From Promethearchaeia archaeon (lineage in GTDB: Archaea > Asgardarchaeota > Lokiarchaeia > Sigyniarchaeales > SOKP01), in contig JAHQWK010000004.1 in NCBI GenBank assembly GCA_029856145.1, forward strand, positions 180,641 to 244,640: a stretch of DNA of 64,000 nt, in the 5' to 3' direction. Of this stretch, positions 50,813 through 59,816 are shown piece after piece. The translations under genes and the position numbers were made by a program. Positions within the stretch are counted from its first letter, which is position 1, and each line of letters begins with the position of its first letter. The notes under the pieces were generated by a model. The model had not been told where the DNA came from, ran no database searches, and saw only the letters and a list, made by a program, of their open reading frames with translations.

Positions 50813-52960
50813 TTATTTTAACTCTAATTTTTCATTACAATAAGGACAGTGAAGTGGCAATTCCTCATCACAAGTCTCCAATTCCTCACTACTTAGGATA
50901 TTCTTCCAGCAAACTAATTTATCTCCTTTTTTAACCATATCTCTGCCATGGTGTTGTGGTATAATATCCTTAGTTTGACAATTATCACATATAATTAACT
51001 TAGCTTCACTTTCTAACTCTTCAGTTGAAAGTTCTTTATATAAGAATTTATACCTAAAAATTGTTAGACTATTAAGTAAAACCAGTAAAGAAACACCCAT
51101 ATCTCCTATTCCTACTGCTAACCAGAGAGTCATAAAGCCGATAACAGTTAAAATTGCAAAAGATACTTTAACAATAATAGAAGTCCAAATGTTCTGTTTT
51201 ATTTTTTTATTAGTTTTTTTCGCAATATCGATGTAAGTAAGTATTTTTTTTAAATCATCGCCGATAATAATAATATCTGCAGTTTCTAAAGTGATATCTG
51301 AAGCAGAAGCTCCAATAGCAATTCCTAAATCTGAAAGAGCTAAAGCGGGAGCATCATTGATGCCATCACCAACCATAGCAACTCCTTTATATTGTTGTTT
51401 TAGTTTTTTTATTTCTTCAAGTTTTTGATCTGGTAGGTGTTCACCATAAGCTTGATCAATGTCTAAACATGCTCCAATTGAATTACATACACTTTGATTA
51501 TCACCAGAAATTAAAACCGTCTCATAACCCCTCTTCCTTAAACCATTAATTAGAATTGGAGCAGATACTCTTAAAACATCTCTAATTGTAATTATCCCCA
51601 ATAAATGATTTTTGTTTCCTAAAAGAATAGGGACTGTTCCTGAGGTTTCAATATTTTTAATGTCATCGATAGGAAGCTCATAATTCAAATCTTCAATAAA
51701 TTTTTGACTCCCTATATAGAACATCTCACCGTTAATTTGACCTTTAATTCCTTTTCCTTTTATTACTTCAAAATTATCAACATTATGAAATGTTATATCC
51801 ATATCTTTTGCTTGATTCACAACTGTTTTTGCGATTGGATGTTCTGAAAGAGCTTCTAAACTGGCTGCAATACTAATTATATCAGATCTATTAGCAGTAT
51901 TATAAGTATAAATATCAAAAATTTTTAAGTTGCCTTCAGTAAGAGTACCAGTCTTATCAAACGCAAAAACCTCGATATCTTGAAGTTTTTCTATAAACTT
52001 ATTCCCTTTTACCAGAATGCCTTCTCGTGCTTGCTTTGTTAAAGATGCAATATTAGCCAAAGGAGTAGATAGGGTCAACGCACATGGACATGAGACTACT
52101 AATAGTACTAATCCACGATAGAACCATATATAAAAATTGAATCCAAATAAGGGGGGAATAACCATAACTAAAATGGATGATAGAAGGATAATAGGTGTGT
52201 AATATTTAGCAAACTTTTCTATAAATCTTTCATGTTTGCTTTTATTTTGTTGAGCAATTTTCACGCTTTCAGCAATTTGAGCTACAATAGTATTGGAACT
52301 TTCTCTTGTAACTTCAATATCTATAAAACTATCAGAATTTAAGCTAGCTGCAAATATCTCATCACCTTTTTGTTTAAAAACCGGAACCGATTCACCAGTA
52401 ATTGCACTCTCATCAAAATAAGAACTCCCTTTTATAATTACACCATCTAATGGCACTTTCATACCCGGTTTTATCCCAATGATATTGCCTATTTTTACTT
52501 CTTTCGAGGGAACATTTACATATCTGTTTTCAGATTTTAGCAATGCATCATCTGGAGCAAGTTTGAGCAATTCTTTAATAGCATTTCTCGACCTATCCGT
52601 TGTTATTTCCTCTAACCTTTCTGCGATAGCATATAATAATAGTGCTGTTGCTCCTTCTTGCCCATGTAATATAAAAAATGAAGCAACACCCGCGATAAGC
52701 ATTAGTAAGTTTGCGGTTATTTTCTTTTGACTCAGATCTTCTATAGCTTCCTTAACCACTCTAGAGCTAGAAAGGAGGATTGAAGCAATTGCTAGAATCT
52801 GAGCAATTAACACAATTTCAAACGCAAATTCTAAAAATATGGAAATTCCAAGTAAAATCGCCGCAGGAATTATGAAATACCAGAAATTTTCTTCAAAAAA
52901 CGATTCTTCTTCTTCCTCCTCTATTTCACAATAAGATGATGAACATGCTATAGTAGTAAT
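50813..52960 (-). CDS. P1B-type heavy-metal ATPase (Zn/Cd-type) with C-terminal Cys/His domain
   Basis: TGES, SCPCAL, DKTGT, SEHP, GDGINDAPAL; extension to an ATT at 52960 after AGGTGA adds the first TM helix. Confidence 0.9.
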   Translation of the reverse strand: MTTIACSSSYCEIEEEEEESFFEENFWYFIIPAAILLGISIFLEFAFEIVLIAQILAIASILLSSSRVVKEAIEDLSQKKITANLLMLIAGVASFFILHGQEGATALLLYAIAERLEEITTDRSRNAIKELLKLAPDDALLKSENRYVNVPSKEVKIGNIIGIKPGMKVPLDGVIIKGSSYFDESAITGESVPVFKQKGDEIFAASLNSDSFIDIEVTRESSNTIVAQIAESVKIAQQNKSKHERFIEKFAKYYTPIILLSSILVMVIPPLFGFNFYIWFYRGLVLLVVSCPCALTLSTPLANIASLTKQAREGILVKGNKFIEKLQDIEVFAFDKTGTLTEGNLKIFDIYTYNTANRSDIISIAASLEALSEHPIAKTVVNQAKDMDITFHNVDNFEVIKGKGIKGQINGEMFYIGSQKFIEDLNYELPIDDIKNIETSGTVPILLGNKNHLLGIITIRDVLRVSAPILINGLRKRGYETVLISGDNQSVCNSIGACLDIDQAYGEHLPDQKLEEIKKLKQQYKGVAMVGDGINDAPALALSDLGIAIGASASDITLETADIIIIGDDLKKILTYIDIAKKTNKKIKQNIWTSIIVKVSFAILTVIGFMTLWLAVGIGDMGVSLLVLLNSLTIFRYKFLYKELSTEELESEAKLIICDNCQTKDIIPQHHGRDMVKKGDKLVCWKNILSSEELETCDEELPLHCPYCNEKLELK

Positions 52961-53271
52961 AATTTCTCACCTATGTAATGATTGTTTAAACTTCAATTAG
53001 AACTTAACATTTATGGAGTATAAAAGAATAAAACTTTGTATATACTCTAGTAATGAATTTTCAAAAATCTTTTTATTTTTAATAAATAATCTTAGTAAGA
53101 TCAATTTTAGGGCATATTATGACCAGAAAGATATTAGAAACTACTTATTTCTTCTATACAATCTAGGCATTGCTGAACTTTTTCAAGACTATCTATTTTT
53201 AGATATAAATCAAAAAGAGAGATAAGAACCGGGGCTTTTTTAAAAACTATTTTAAAAGATCAAAGAAATGT

Positions 53272-54165
53272 TTATTTTATAACATAGACAAGCTTTTGAC
53301 CTTCTTGTTCTTCAAGGTTTAATTCTCGTCTGATGGCATTTCTGATGAGATATCCTCCAACATGCAGTATGGAATCCTTGAGAATAGAATCTTGGTCCAT
53401 TGAAGCATTACAAGGATAAGCATGATGAGCCTTACTTATTCTTTCATTTAAAGAAAGTTCTCCACTCTTTCCATTCTTAAAATACTTTGATTTTAATTGT
53501 TGGCAAACATAATAACTGCTTCCGCATGGAGCAGTTTGAATGATGCAAGTATCTTCAATTGATTCCCCATCCTTACTTAATAGAAATGAGACTATTGGTT
53601 CTCCAATTTTAAAATAATCTATAAATTCATCAACAAAATCATGATGGCTTGTTAAATGAAAGCCAATTTTGTTATATTCATTTTGTTCTTTGCTAAGTGA
53701 ACAAAAAGGTTTAGGAAACGCCGCCTGAATTCCATATTTCTCGAATTCTTCTAAGATCATTGATTGTAATCCTGAAGGCACCCATTTGGGATCTTCTATT
53801 GGAACTATAACTGCTTTAATGCCTTTATCCTTGAGATAATTAGGAAGGTCCAAAAGTAAATCTTGATGGATACCTACGACCAATAAAAAATCGACAGGTG
53901 GCAAATTTTTTGGTAGATATTCCGTTGAGTCTTCAACAAAATCGGGAACACCTTCACCAATTTTCTCGTAAAAATAAATCGAGCTTGCAAAACTCTTTAA
54001 ATGTTCCCGACATTTATCGCATTTTACATTTTGTTCTAAATCTTCGCAAGCTTTACAGAATTCTTCATTATTTATGAGATTGCCTGCAAATTTTTGCGCG
54101 AGCATCTCTGTATCTGGGCCAAACCCATAAAATATCCCTATTTTATAATTATTCTGGCTCAACAT
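53272..54165 (-). CDS. DUF166-like protein
   Basis: VED..EYLP, GIHQDL, FPKPFCSL, TAPCGSS, HHAYPCNASM; likely start at MLSQNN. Confidence 0.65.
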   Translation of the reverse strand: MLSQNNYKIGIFYGFGPDTEMLAQKFAGNLINNEEFCKACEDLEQNVKCDKCREHLKSFASSIYFYEKIGEGVPDFVEDSTEYLPKNLPPVDFLLVVGIHQDLLLDLPNYLKDKGIKAVIVPIEDPKWVPSGLQSMILEEFEKYGIQAAFPKPFCSLSKEQNEYNKIGFHLTSHHDFVDEFIDYFKIGEPIVSFLLSKDGESIEDTCIIQTAPCGSSYYVCQQLKSKYFKNGKSGELSLNERISKAHHAYPCNASMDQDSILKDSILHVGGYLIRNAIRRELNLEEQEGQKLVYVIK

Positions 54166-54232
54166 TAGAATAGAACAATTAAAGGTTTTTATTTGTATTT
54201 TTAATAATTTATAGAACATTTAATTATTTAGC

Positions 54233-54244
54233 TGAACATGTTCA
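54233..54244. promoter_or_regulatory. Perfect palindrome between divergent genes, candidate operator
   Basis: TGAACATGTTCA. Confidence 0.4.
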
Positions 54245-54285
54245 ATTATATCAAACTTTTGAATAATGCAACCTTGTTTATGATA

Positions 54286-55134
54286 ATGAGGTTTGTAACT
54301 TTTTTTTTTAGTGGTACTGGAAATACATGGTGGGTAGTTAAGGAATTTACTGATATAGCCTCCAAAAATGGATACAATGCAGAAATGTTTTCTATTGAAA
54401 ACGATCAAATAAAAAATCCTAGCATTTTAAGCGAACTTTTAGAAAAATCTGATGCGATTGGATTTGCTTATCCAATATATGGGGCGAATATACCTCCTAT
54501 TATGAGAGAATTTATAACAGAAGTAAAAAGGATTAGTGATAATCTTAATAAATTAGACCAAAAATATTGCTATATTATAACTACGATTGGATATGTTAAC
54601 GGATATGGTCCCTTTAAAATAAAAAATACTTTAAGATCAATAGGATTAAAACTCAAAGCGCATATTAATATTCGTCTTACTAATAATATATCTACACCTG
54701 GACTGAAAATAAATCCCGTTTCAAGTAAAAAACTAGAAAAACGAAAAAAAAAGGGAACCAAAAAATTAAATAAATTCTTCGGAAAAAATATTAAAGAAAA
54801 AAAATATATTAGAGGAATCGGTCCTTGGCTTATCCCTGGAATGCTTATTAGAAGAAGAACAGCACCAAAAATGAAAGTGTCCTACCAAAGGTTTTCTATT
54901 AATTTGGATACGTGTAATAATTGTAATATTTGTATTAATAATTGCCCTTCTAATAGCATTATAGAGGTAGATAACAAAATAATATTTAAAAAAGGTTGTA
55001 CCGCGTGTTTCCGATGTTATAATTTCTGTCCAACTCATTCTATACTATATAATGGAAAATTTGCAGACCCTGGAGTTTATCATAGATATCTTGGACCTAT
55101 TGATAACTTGAATTTGAAAAATTTAAAATATTAA
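54286..55134 (+). CDS. EFR1-type flavodoxin-ferredoxin fusion
   Basis: FSGTGNT, AYPIYG; CNNCNICINNCP and CTACFRCYNFCP. Confidence 0.88.
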   Translation: MRFVTFFFSGTGNTWWVVKEFTDIASKNGYNAEMFSIENDQIKNPSILSELLEKSDAIGFAYPIYGANIPPIMREFITEVKRISDNLNKLDQKYCYIITTIGYVNGYGPFKIKNTLRSIGLKLKAHINIRLTNNISTPGLKINPVSSKKLEKRKKKGTKKLNKFFGKNIKEKKYIRGIGPWLIPGMLIRRRTAPKMKVSYQRFSINLDTCNNCNICINNCPSNSIIEVDNKIIFKKGCTACFRCYNFCPTHSILYNGKFADPGVYHRYLGPIDNLNLKNLKY

Positions 55135-55189
55135 TTGAGCCAATTTGGGATTTAATATCCCTCAACCACGAATCAATAATATAAAATAA

Positions 55190-55516
55190 GTTAAGTTCAT
55201 AATCGGTGGACACACATCAGTAGATCCGATAAAGTTTCCTGATGTTGTTCCAAATTTCTTTAAATCATTAGAAAAGTTCGTCAATAAAGGAAAACATAAG
55301 AGAGATAAAAGTATTATAAAAATTTTACTACCTCTTGCAAAAATGACAGAACTAGAGGTAATTAAATTAGCCAAAAAGTTAGATGTCTCTTTTAAATGGA
55401 CTTGGAGTTGTTATAGTGATGGAAAACAGCCTTGTGGCAAATGTTCTTCATGTCGGAAAAGAGAAGAAGCTTTTATTAGTCTTGATTATTCTCAACCAAA
55501 ATTTTCTCTATTATAA
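55190..55516 (+). pseudogene. queC: C-terminal remnant of 7-cyano-7-deazaguanine synthase
   Basis: FPD..LPL..TWSCYSDGKQPCGKCSSCRKREEAF; stop directly upstream and no N-terminal SGGxDS. Confidence 0.8.
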
Positions 55517-55622
55517 ATCTATCATTAATTTAGCATCCAATTTTTTATTGAGGAAAGTTATTAAAATCAAAAAAAATATTTTATACTTAAAAATTCTCAA
55601 TAATAGAAAACATTAAATCCAT

Positions 55623-56279
55623 ATGATTGAGACTGAAGATTTTACTGTAAAAGAGGATTATCAAGACATCCATGTAGTATGCCCAACTTGTAAGGCTAAG
55701 AAAGAACTGAGGATACCTACAAAAATTATTAACCTAGCTAAACATTTAACAACGGTTTCAATACCTTCAGGGCCTGTTTGTAAGCACGGCTTTCAAGCTT
55801 TTGTAGATAAGAATTTTAAGGTCCGTGGATATCAAATAGTTGACTTTGAATTTTCTCACATGGAATTTTTTCAGAGTACTGATGCTGACGTGGCAGAACC
55901 AAACGATCCTACTGTTAAGCTTAGTTCAATGCCATTGTTCCAGGAGATCATCAAGCTTTTAAGAAGTTTTGTGGATGATAAGGAAATCTTGGGGTCAGGA
56001 CTATTCACGGATGATGGTCATATATTATACTCCTCCCTTCCGAGTAATACGCTATTTTCAATAATTAGAGAGTTTGAAGTCCGAAGTGAGAAGAAGTTAA
56101 ATAGGCTAAAGAAAATGTACTTAGAATTAGAGAATAATCAAAAGATTTGCTCTAATTATATTGAGATTCAAGAAATGAGATTCGCATTGGTATTATTTTT
56201 CTCTCGGATTGTGAAACTTGGTATGGGCAACCTTTATTTAAATGATTTAGTAAAGAAAATTAGGAAATTAGAAAATTAA
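55623..56279 (+). CDS. Zn-binding domain plus Roadblock/profilin-like domain
   Basis: CPTC..CKHGFQAFVDKNFKVRGYQ; ILGSGLFTDDGHILYSSLP. Confidence 0.6.
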   Translation: MIETEDFTVKEDYQDIHVVCPTCKAKKELRIPTKIINLAKHLTTVSIPSGPVCKHGFQAFVDKNFKVRGYQIVDFEFSHMEFFQSTDADVAEPNDPTVKLSSMPLFQEIIKLLRSFVDDKEILGSGLFTDDGHILYSSLPSNTLFSIIREFEVRSEKKLNRLKKMYLELENNQKICSNYIEIQEMRFALVLFFSRIVKLGMGNLYLNDLVKKIRKLEN

Positions 56280-56395
56280 AATATTAAGATTCTTTTATAA
56301 TTCTTTTTTTAAGTTCTTGACTAATCATTTATAAATAGTTATAAATATGGCTATAGTTATGTGCTTATTAAGAGTTAAATGTTCATCTTTAAAAA

Positions 56396-57232
56396 ATGGC
56401 TCTCCAAAAAGTACAAAGCAGAATGGTTAAAGATTTAAAACATCAAATTCCCGAATTTAACCAAAATAATATTAAAGTAACTGAATTGCCAAGTAAGAAA
56501 AATTCTGTTATTAATGTGGTGTTTGATAGAAAGCCTTCTAAATTACCGAAAGAAGTAGTGGTTAAAATATTTCGGACTAAAAACATTGTTCATGAAATCA
56601 ACATATTAAACAGATTGAAAAATCAAAATTTCCATGTTCCAAGTATTTTATTTTTTCAAAAACCTTATTTAATCCTTGAGAAAGTTAATGGTACTAATTT
56701 ATGTGATTTTATTAATGAAAAATTGAAAGGAACAAAAAGTTTAGATGAATTGGATTCTAGTGTAAGAAATCAGATTATCCAGAGCATAGAAAAACTTGCT
56801 GAATATCTTTCTCAATTACATGAAAAGAATTTTGTAAGGAAAAGATATAAAGTAAAAAAGAAATATGTACTCTGTAAAGGAGATACAAGACTGAGAGATT
56901 TCATTTTTGATTCCGCTAACGGCATTCTATATGCTGTTGATTTTGAAGATTCATATGAAGGTAATCATTTGGACGATTTGGCATGGATCTGTACTTCTCT
57001 TCTTGATACAGATCCCGGACTCTTTGAAATGGAAGAACCCAAACATAAAATAGAACTAATTAATGTATTCCTACGAAAATATTACCAAAGTAATGTTAGA
57101 TTTCCTTTTAAGTTCAACTACTTAGCAGAACAAATAATAGAGAAGTTAAATATAGTCATAGAAAGAAGAAATCTCCCATTTGGGAGATTCAGTAAAGATA
57201 AATTTATAGAACATATTTCTAAAGAAATTTAG
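56396..57232 (+). CDS. Atypical kinase-fold protein (APH/Bud32-like)
   Basis: VVVK..HE..L, LILEKVNG, LSQLH, GDTRLRD, VDFE, DLA. Confidence 0.75.
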   Translation: MALQKVQSRMVKDLKHQIPEFNQNNIKVTELPSKKNSVINVVFDRKPSKLPKEVVVKIFRTKNIVHEINILNRLKNQNFHVPSILFFQKPYLILEKVNGTNLCDFINEKLKGTKSLDELDSSVRNQIIQSIEKLAEYLSQLHEKNFVRKRYKVKKKYVLCKGDTRLRDFIFDSANGILYAVDFEDSYEGNHLDDLAWICTSLLDTDPGLFEMEEPKHKIELINVFLRKYYQSNVRFPFKFNYLAEQIIEKLNIVIERRNLPFGRFSKDKFIEHISKEI

Positions 57233-57325
57233 TCTTTTTTTAAATTTCTAAAAATCAAAATTTAATAATATTAACACTATTATTTTATAAAAATTAATAA
57301 AACCTTTTTTAAAGGAGAAATTAAC

Positions 57326-58072
57326 ATGAGTCTTACCGATACAAAATCATCTTTAAAGAAAATAATTTCTATTATTGAAGAACTTAATGGATTAAATTCG
57401 GGTTCAATCCCAAAATTACAAACTCAGCCAAATAATCTACTCGAACAGATTGGAAAACTAGAAGAAACTAAAACCAACGATTTAAGAACTATTGAAACTA
57501 ATGATGATGAAATTAATTCATTGAAAAATAAGATTTCTCAGAATCAACGAGATATCGCTTCATTAGAAGAAAATAATGTGGAGCTAACAAATCAACGTCA
57601 AACTCTTCTTGATAAAATTCAAGATGCCCAAAATGAACTAAATGAAACTCAAACAAAAATAACAGCACGAAGGGAGGAATTAGCAACTCGAAGCAGTCGA
57701 CTTAGCGAATTAGAAAATAGACTTGTAGAACTAAAAGATATTCAAGAAAAATTTGATAATAAAATGAAAGAACTTGAAAATCAACTTCAAGAAGAATATA
57801 ATAAAAAAGACAAGTTTAGTAATTCATACGCTATGCGAACAGCAGCTATGAAGTCTTTGATCAAAGCTGGCTATGTACAATCTGCCCAATTAAAACTTAT
57901 ACAAGCATTGCAACCTAATACTACTCTTGATCTAAAGGGCATTGTCCAAGCTATGGGTTTAAGGGAAGATGTGGCAAAAAATATACTAACAAAAATGGTT
58001 CAAAAAAATGGACCCATTGAATATGATGAGGCAAGTGGAACAGTAACATTAAAGGGAGAGGTGGATTTCTAA
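57326..58072 (+). CDS. Long coiled-coil protein with C-terminal winged-helix-like domain
   Basis: Heptad-rich core; LDLKGIVQAMGLREDVAKNILTKM..IEYDEASGTVTL. Confidence 0.7.
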   Translation: MSLTDTKSSLKKIISIIEELNGLNSGSIPKLQTQPNNLLEQIGKLEETKTNDLRTIETNDDEINSLKNKISQNQRDIASLEENNVELTNQRQTLLDKIQDAQNELNETQTKITARREELATRSSRLSELENRLVELKDIQEKFDNKMKELENQLQEEYNKKDKFSNSYAMRTAAMKSLIKAGYVQSAQLKLIQALQPNTTLDLKGIVQAMGLREDVAKNILTKMVQKNGPIEYDEASGTVTLKGEVDF

Positions 58073-58800
58073 TGAGTACACAGGAAATATTAGCATTAAT
58101 TGAGCAATTTGAGACAGCATATGACACTTATTGGCAAGTTCTGCAAAAACACAATGAAGAAGTTCTTTCTCAATTAAGAGAAGCATGGCGTTTCATGCAA
58201 GCTGAACAAAAAGAAGAAGAAACTATTAAAGAGAAATTATCTGCTCAGAATTCAGAATTAACAGAATTAAGGACAAAGTCAGAAGAATTAGATAGGTTTA
58301 TTGATGGATCAAAAGCAAAAAAGGATGAACTAACTGCGAAAATCTCTGAATTAACAAATAACTTAGAAACAAGTGTGAATGATCTGAAAAAACCAGCATT
58401 CGAGCTCACACAACTTGAGGATAAGCTTAGTGTTGTAAATGAAAAAATTACTGTGAAAGAAGAAGAAAAAACAGTATTAGATCAAAAAACAGTTGAAAAT
58501 GAGAACCGAGAAGTAGAATTAAATAATACTTATCAGAAGAAAATGGATGAACTTGAAGCTAAAATTGACCAATTGAGGCAAGCAAATTTCTTTACATCAT
58601 TCTTGATTGAAAATTCAGACGAAGAAATTCATGAGGTTGATATAATTGCTACAATCATGGATAAGGGAGAAGCTAAATTGGATGATTTAAAGAAACTTCT
58701 TGATGTTCCGCCAATAATGGCAGTCAGAACCATTAAACAACTTGCTGTCAAAGGAATTCTCAATCTTGATGAAAATACTAATCGAGTAACTTTACCTTAA
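58072..58800 (+). CDS. Long coiled-coil protein with C-terminal winged-helix-like domain
   Basis: TAATG overlap with the previous gene; DIIATIMDKGEAKLDDLKKLLDVPPIMAVRTIKQLAVKGILNLD. Confidence 0.75.
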   Translation: MSTQEILALIEQFETAYDTYWQVLQKHNEEVLSQLREAWRFMQAEQKEEETIKEKLSAQNSELTELRTKSEELDRFIDGSKAKKDELTAKISELTNNLETSVNDLKKPAFELTQLEDKLSVVNEKITVKEEEKTVLDQKTVENENREVELNNTYQKKMDELEAKIDQLRQANFFTSFLIENSDEEIHEVDIIATIMDKGEAKLDDLKKLLDVPPIMAVRTIKQLAVKGILNLDENTNRVTLP

Positions 58801-58930
58801 ATTGATTTTTTAATTTTTTATTCTATTTTTATTTTTTAAAGCTTCTTTGGACAAATATGGATATATTTAAAATCTCATTAGTATTGTAATAAATAATCTA
58901 CTTTTAAAATAAATATGAGAGGGAGAATAA

Positions 58931-59524
58931 ATGGGATCTAATAAATACTTAAAGATTGAGAATGCTGCAGAAAGATTAGGCTTTACTAACTTTCCTTTAA
59001 CTATTCTATATGGACAACCTAAATGGATAAAAACATATAGATCTGGTTTGGATGATACGCTTAGTCTTTTTGGTTTAAATTTCTCTTCAGGAATTCTTAC
59101 TGATACGGCAAGAATCATCCTAAGAATGTTAGAAAACCAATACCAACTTTATCCTGGAATGCTAAAGAACATCAATAAGCCTTCTGAAAAACCTCGTTTT
59201 TTTCATGCATATGGTATGAAGAAGAGAGTACATAAGTATTATTTTCTTATTCCGAGGGCAAAATTATACATTGAACTCAATAATAAAGTGAAAGAACCAG
59301 CAAGAAGGAATTTGAAAAGACACGGATTTCAGTTAAAAATCTATTCTTCAGAAGAGGAGCATAAATATAATGTAGCTAATGCCATAAATAATGCTTATGA
59401 CAGTGGATTTCTTAACCATATTAATAATTGGGAAAGGATAGAGGAATTTTTTGATGTAAAGTCTGAGGAATGCATTGAAGATTGGAATTCGCTCTTAAAA
59501 CCTTCTTTAACTCCTATAACTTAA
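58931..59524 (+). CDS. Hypothetical protein (inserted cargo)
   Basis: 197-aa ORF after GAGGGAG, lying between duplicated gene ends. Confidence 0.7.
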   Translation: MGSNKYLKIENAAERLGFTNFPLTILYGQPKWIKTYRSGLDDTLSLFGLNFSSGILTDTARIILRMLENQYQLYPGMLKNINKPSEKPRFFHAYGMKKRVHKYYFLIPRAKLYIELNNKVKEPARRNLKRHGFQLKIYSSEEEHKYNVANAINNAYDSGFLNHINNWERIEEFFDVKSEECIEDWNSLLKPSLTPIT

Positions 59525-59588
59525 TATTTTTTATTATTCGTTTTTTTCATTCTAATCTCGACAAATGAGTGCATTTCACTTAATTGAG

Positions 59589-59702
59589 TTGAAGAAACTT
59601 CTTGATGTTCTACCAATAATGGCTGTCCGTACAATAAAGCAATTAGCCGTTAAGGGTATTCTCAATCTCGACGAAAGCACGAATCGCGTCACACTTCCTT
59701 AA
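59589..59702 (+). pseudogene. Duplicate 3' end of gene 58072-58800
   Basis: LKKLLDVLPIMAVRTIKQLAVKGILNLDESTNRVTLP*; 35/37 aa identical, many synonymous changes. Confidence 0.92.
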
Positions 59703-59816
59703 TCGCGCTTCAATTAAATTAATTATTTTTCTATTTATTTTCTCATTATTTTAGATCTAGGGTTTTAAATATATTATCTACAGCTTCAATAATTTAAATT
59801 AACATTTTATTTCATT

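Noticed and set aside
53013-53225. 70-aa ORF upstream of the P1B ATPase
   Set aside because: No motif or SD; not recognisable as a metal-responsive regulator
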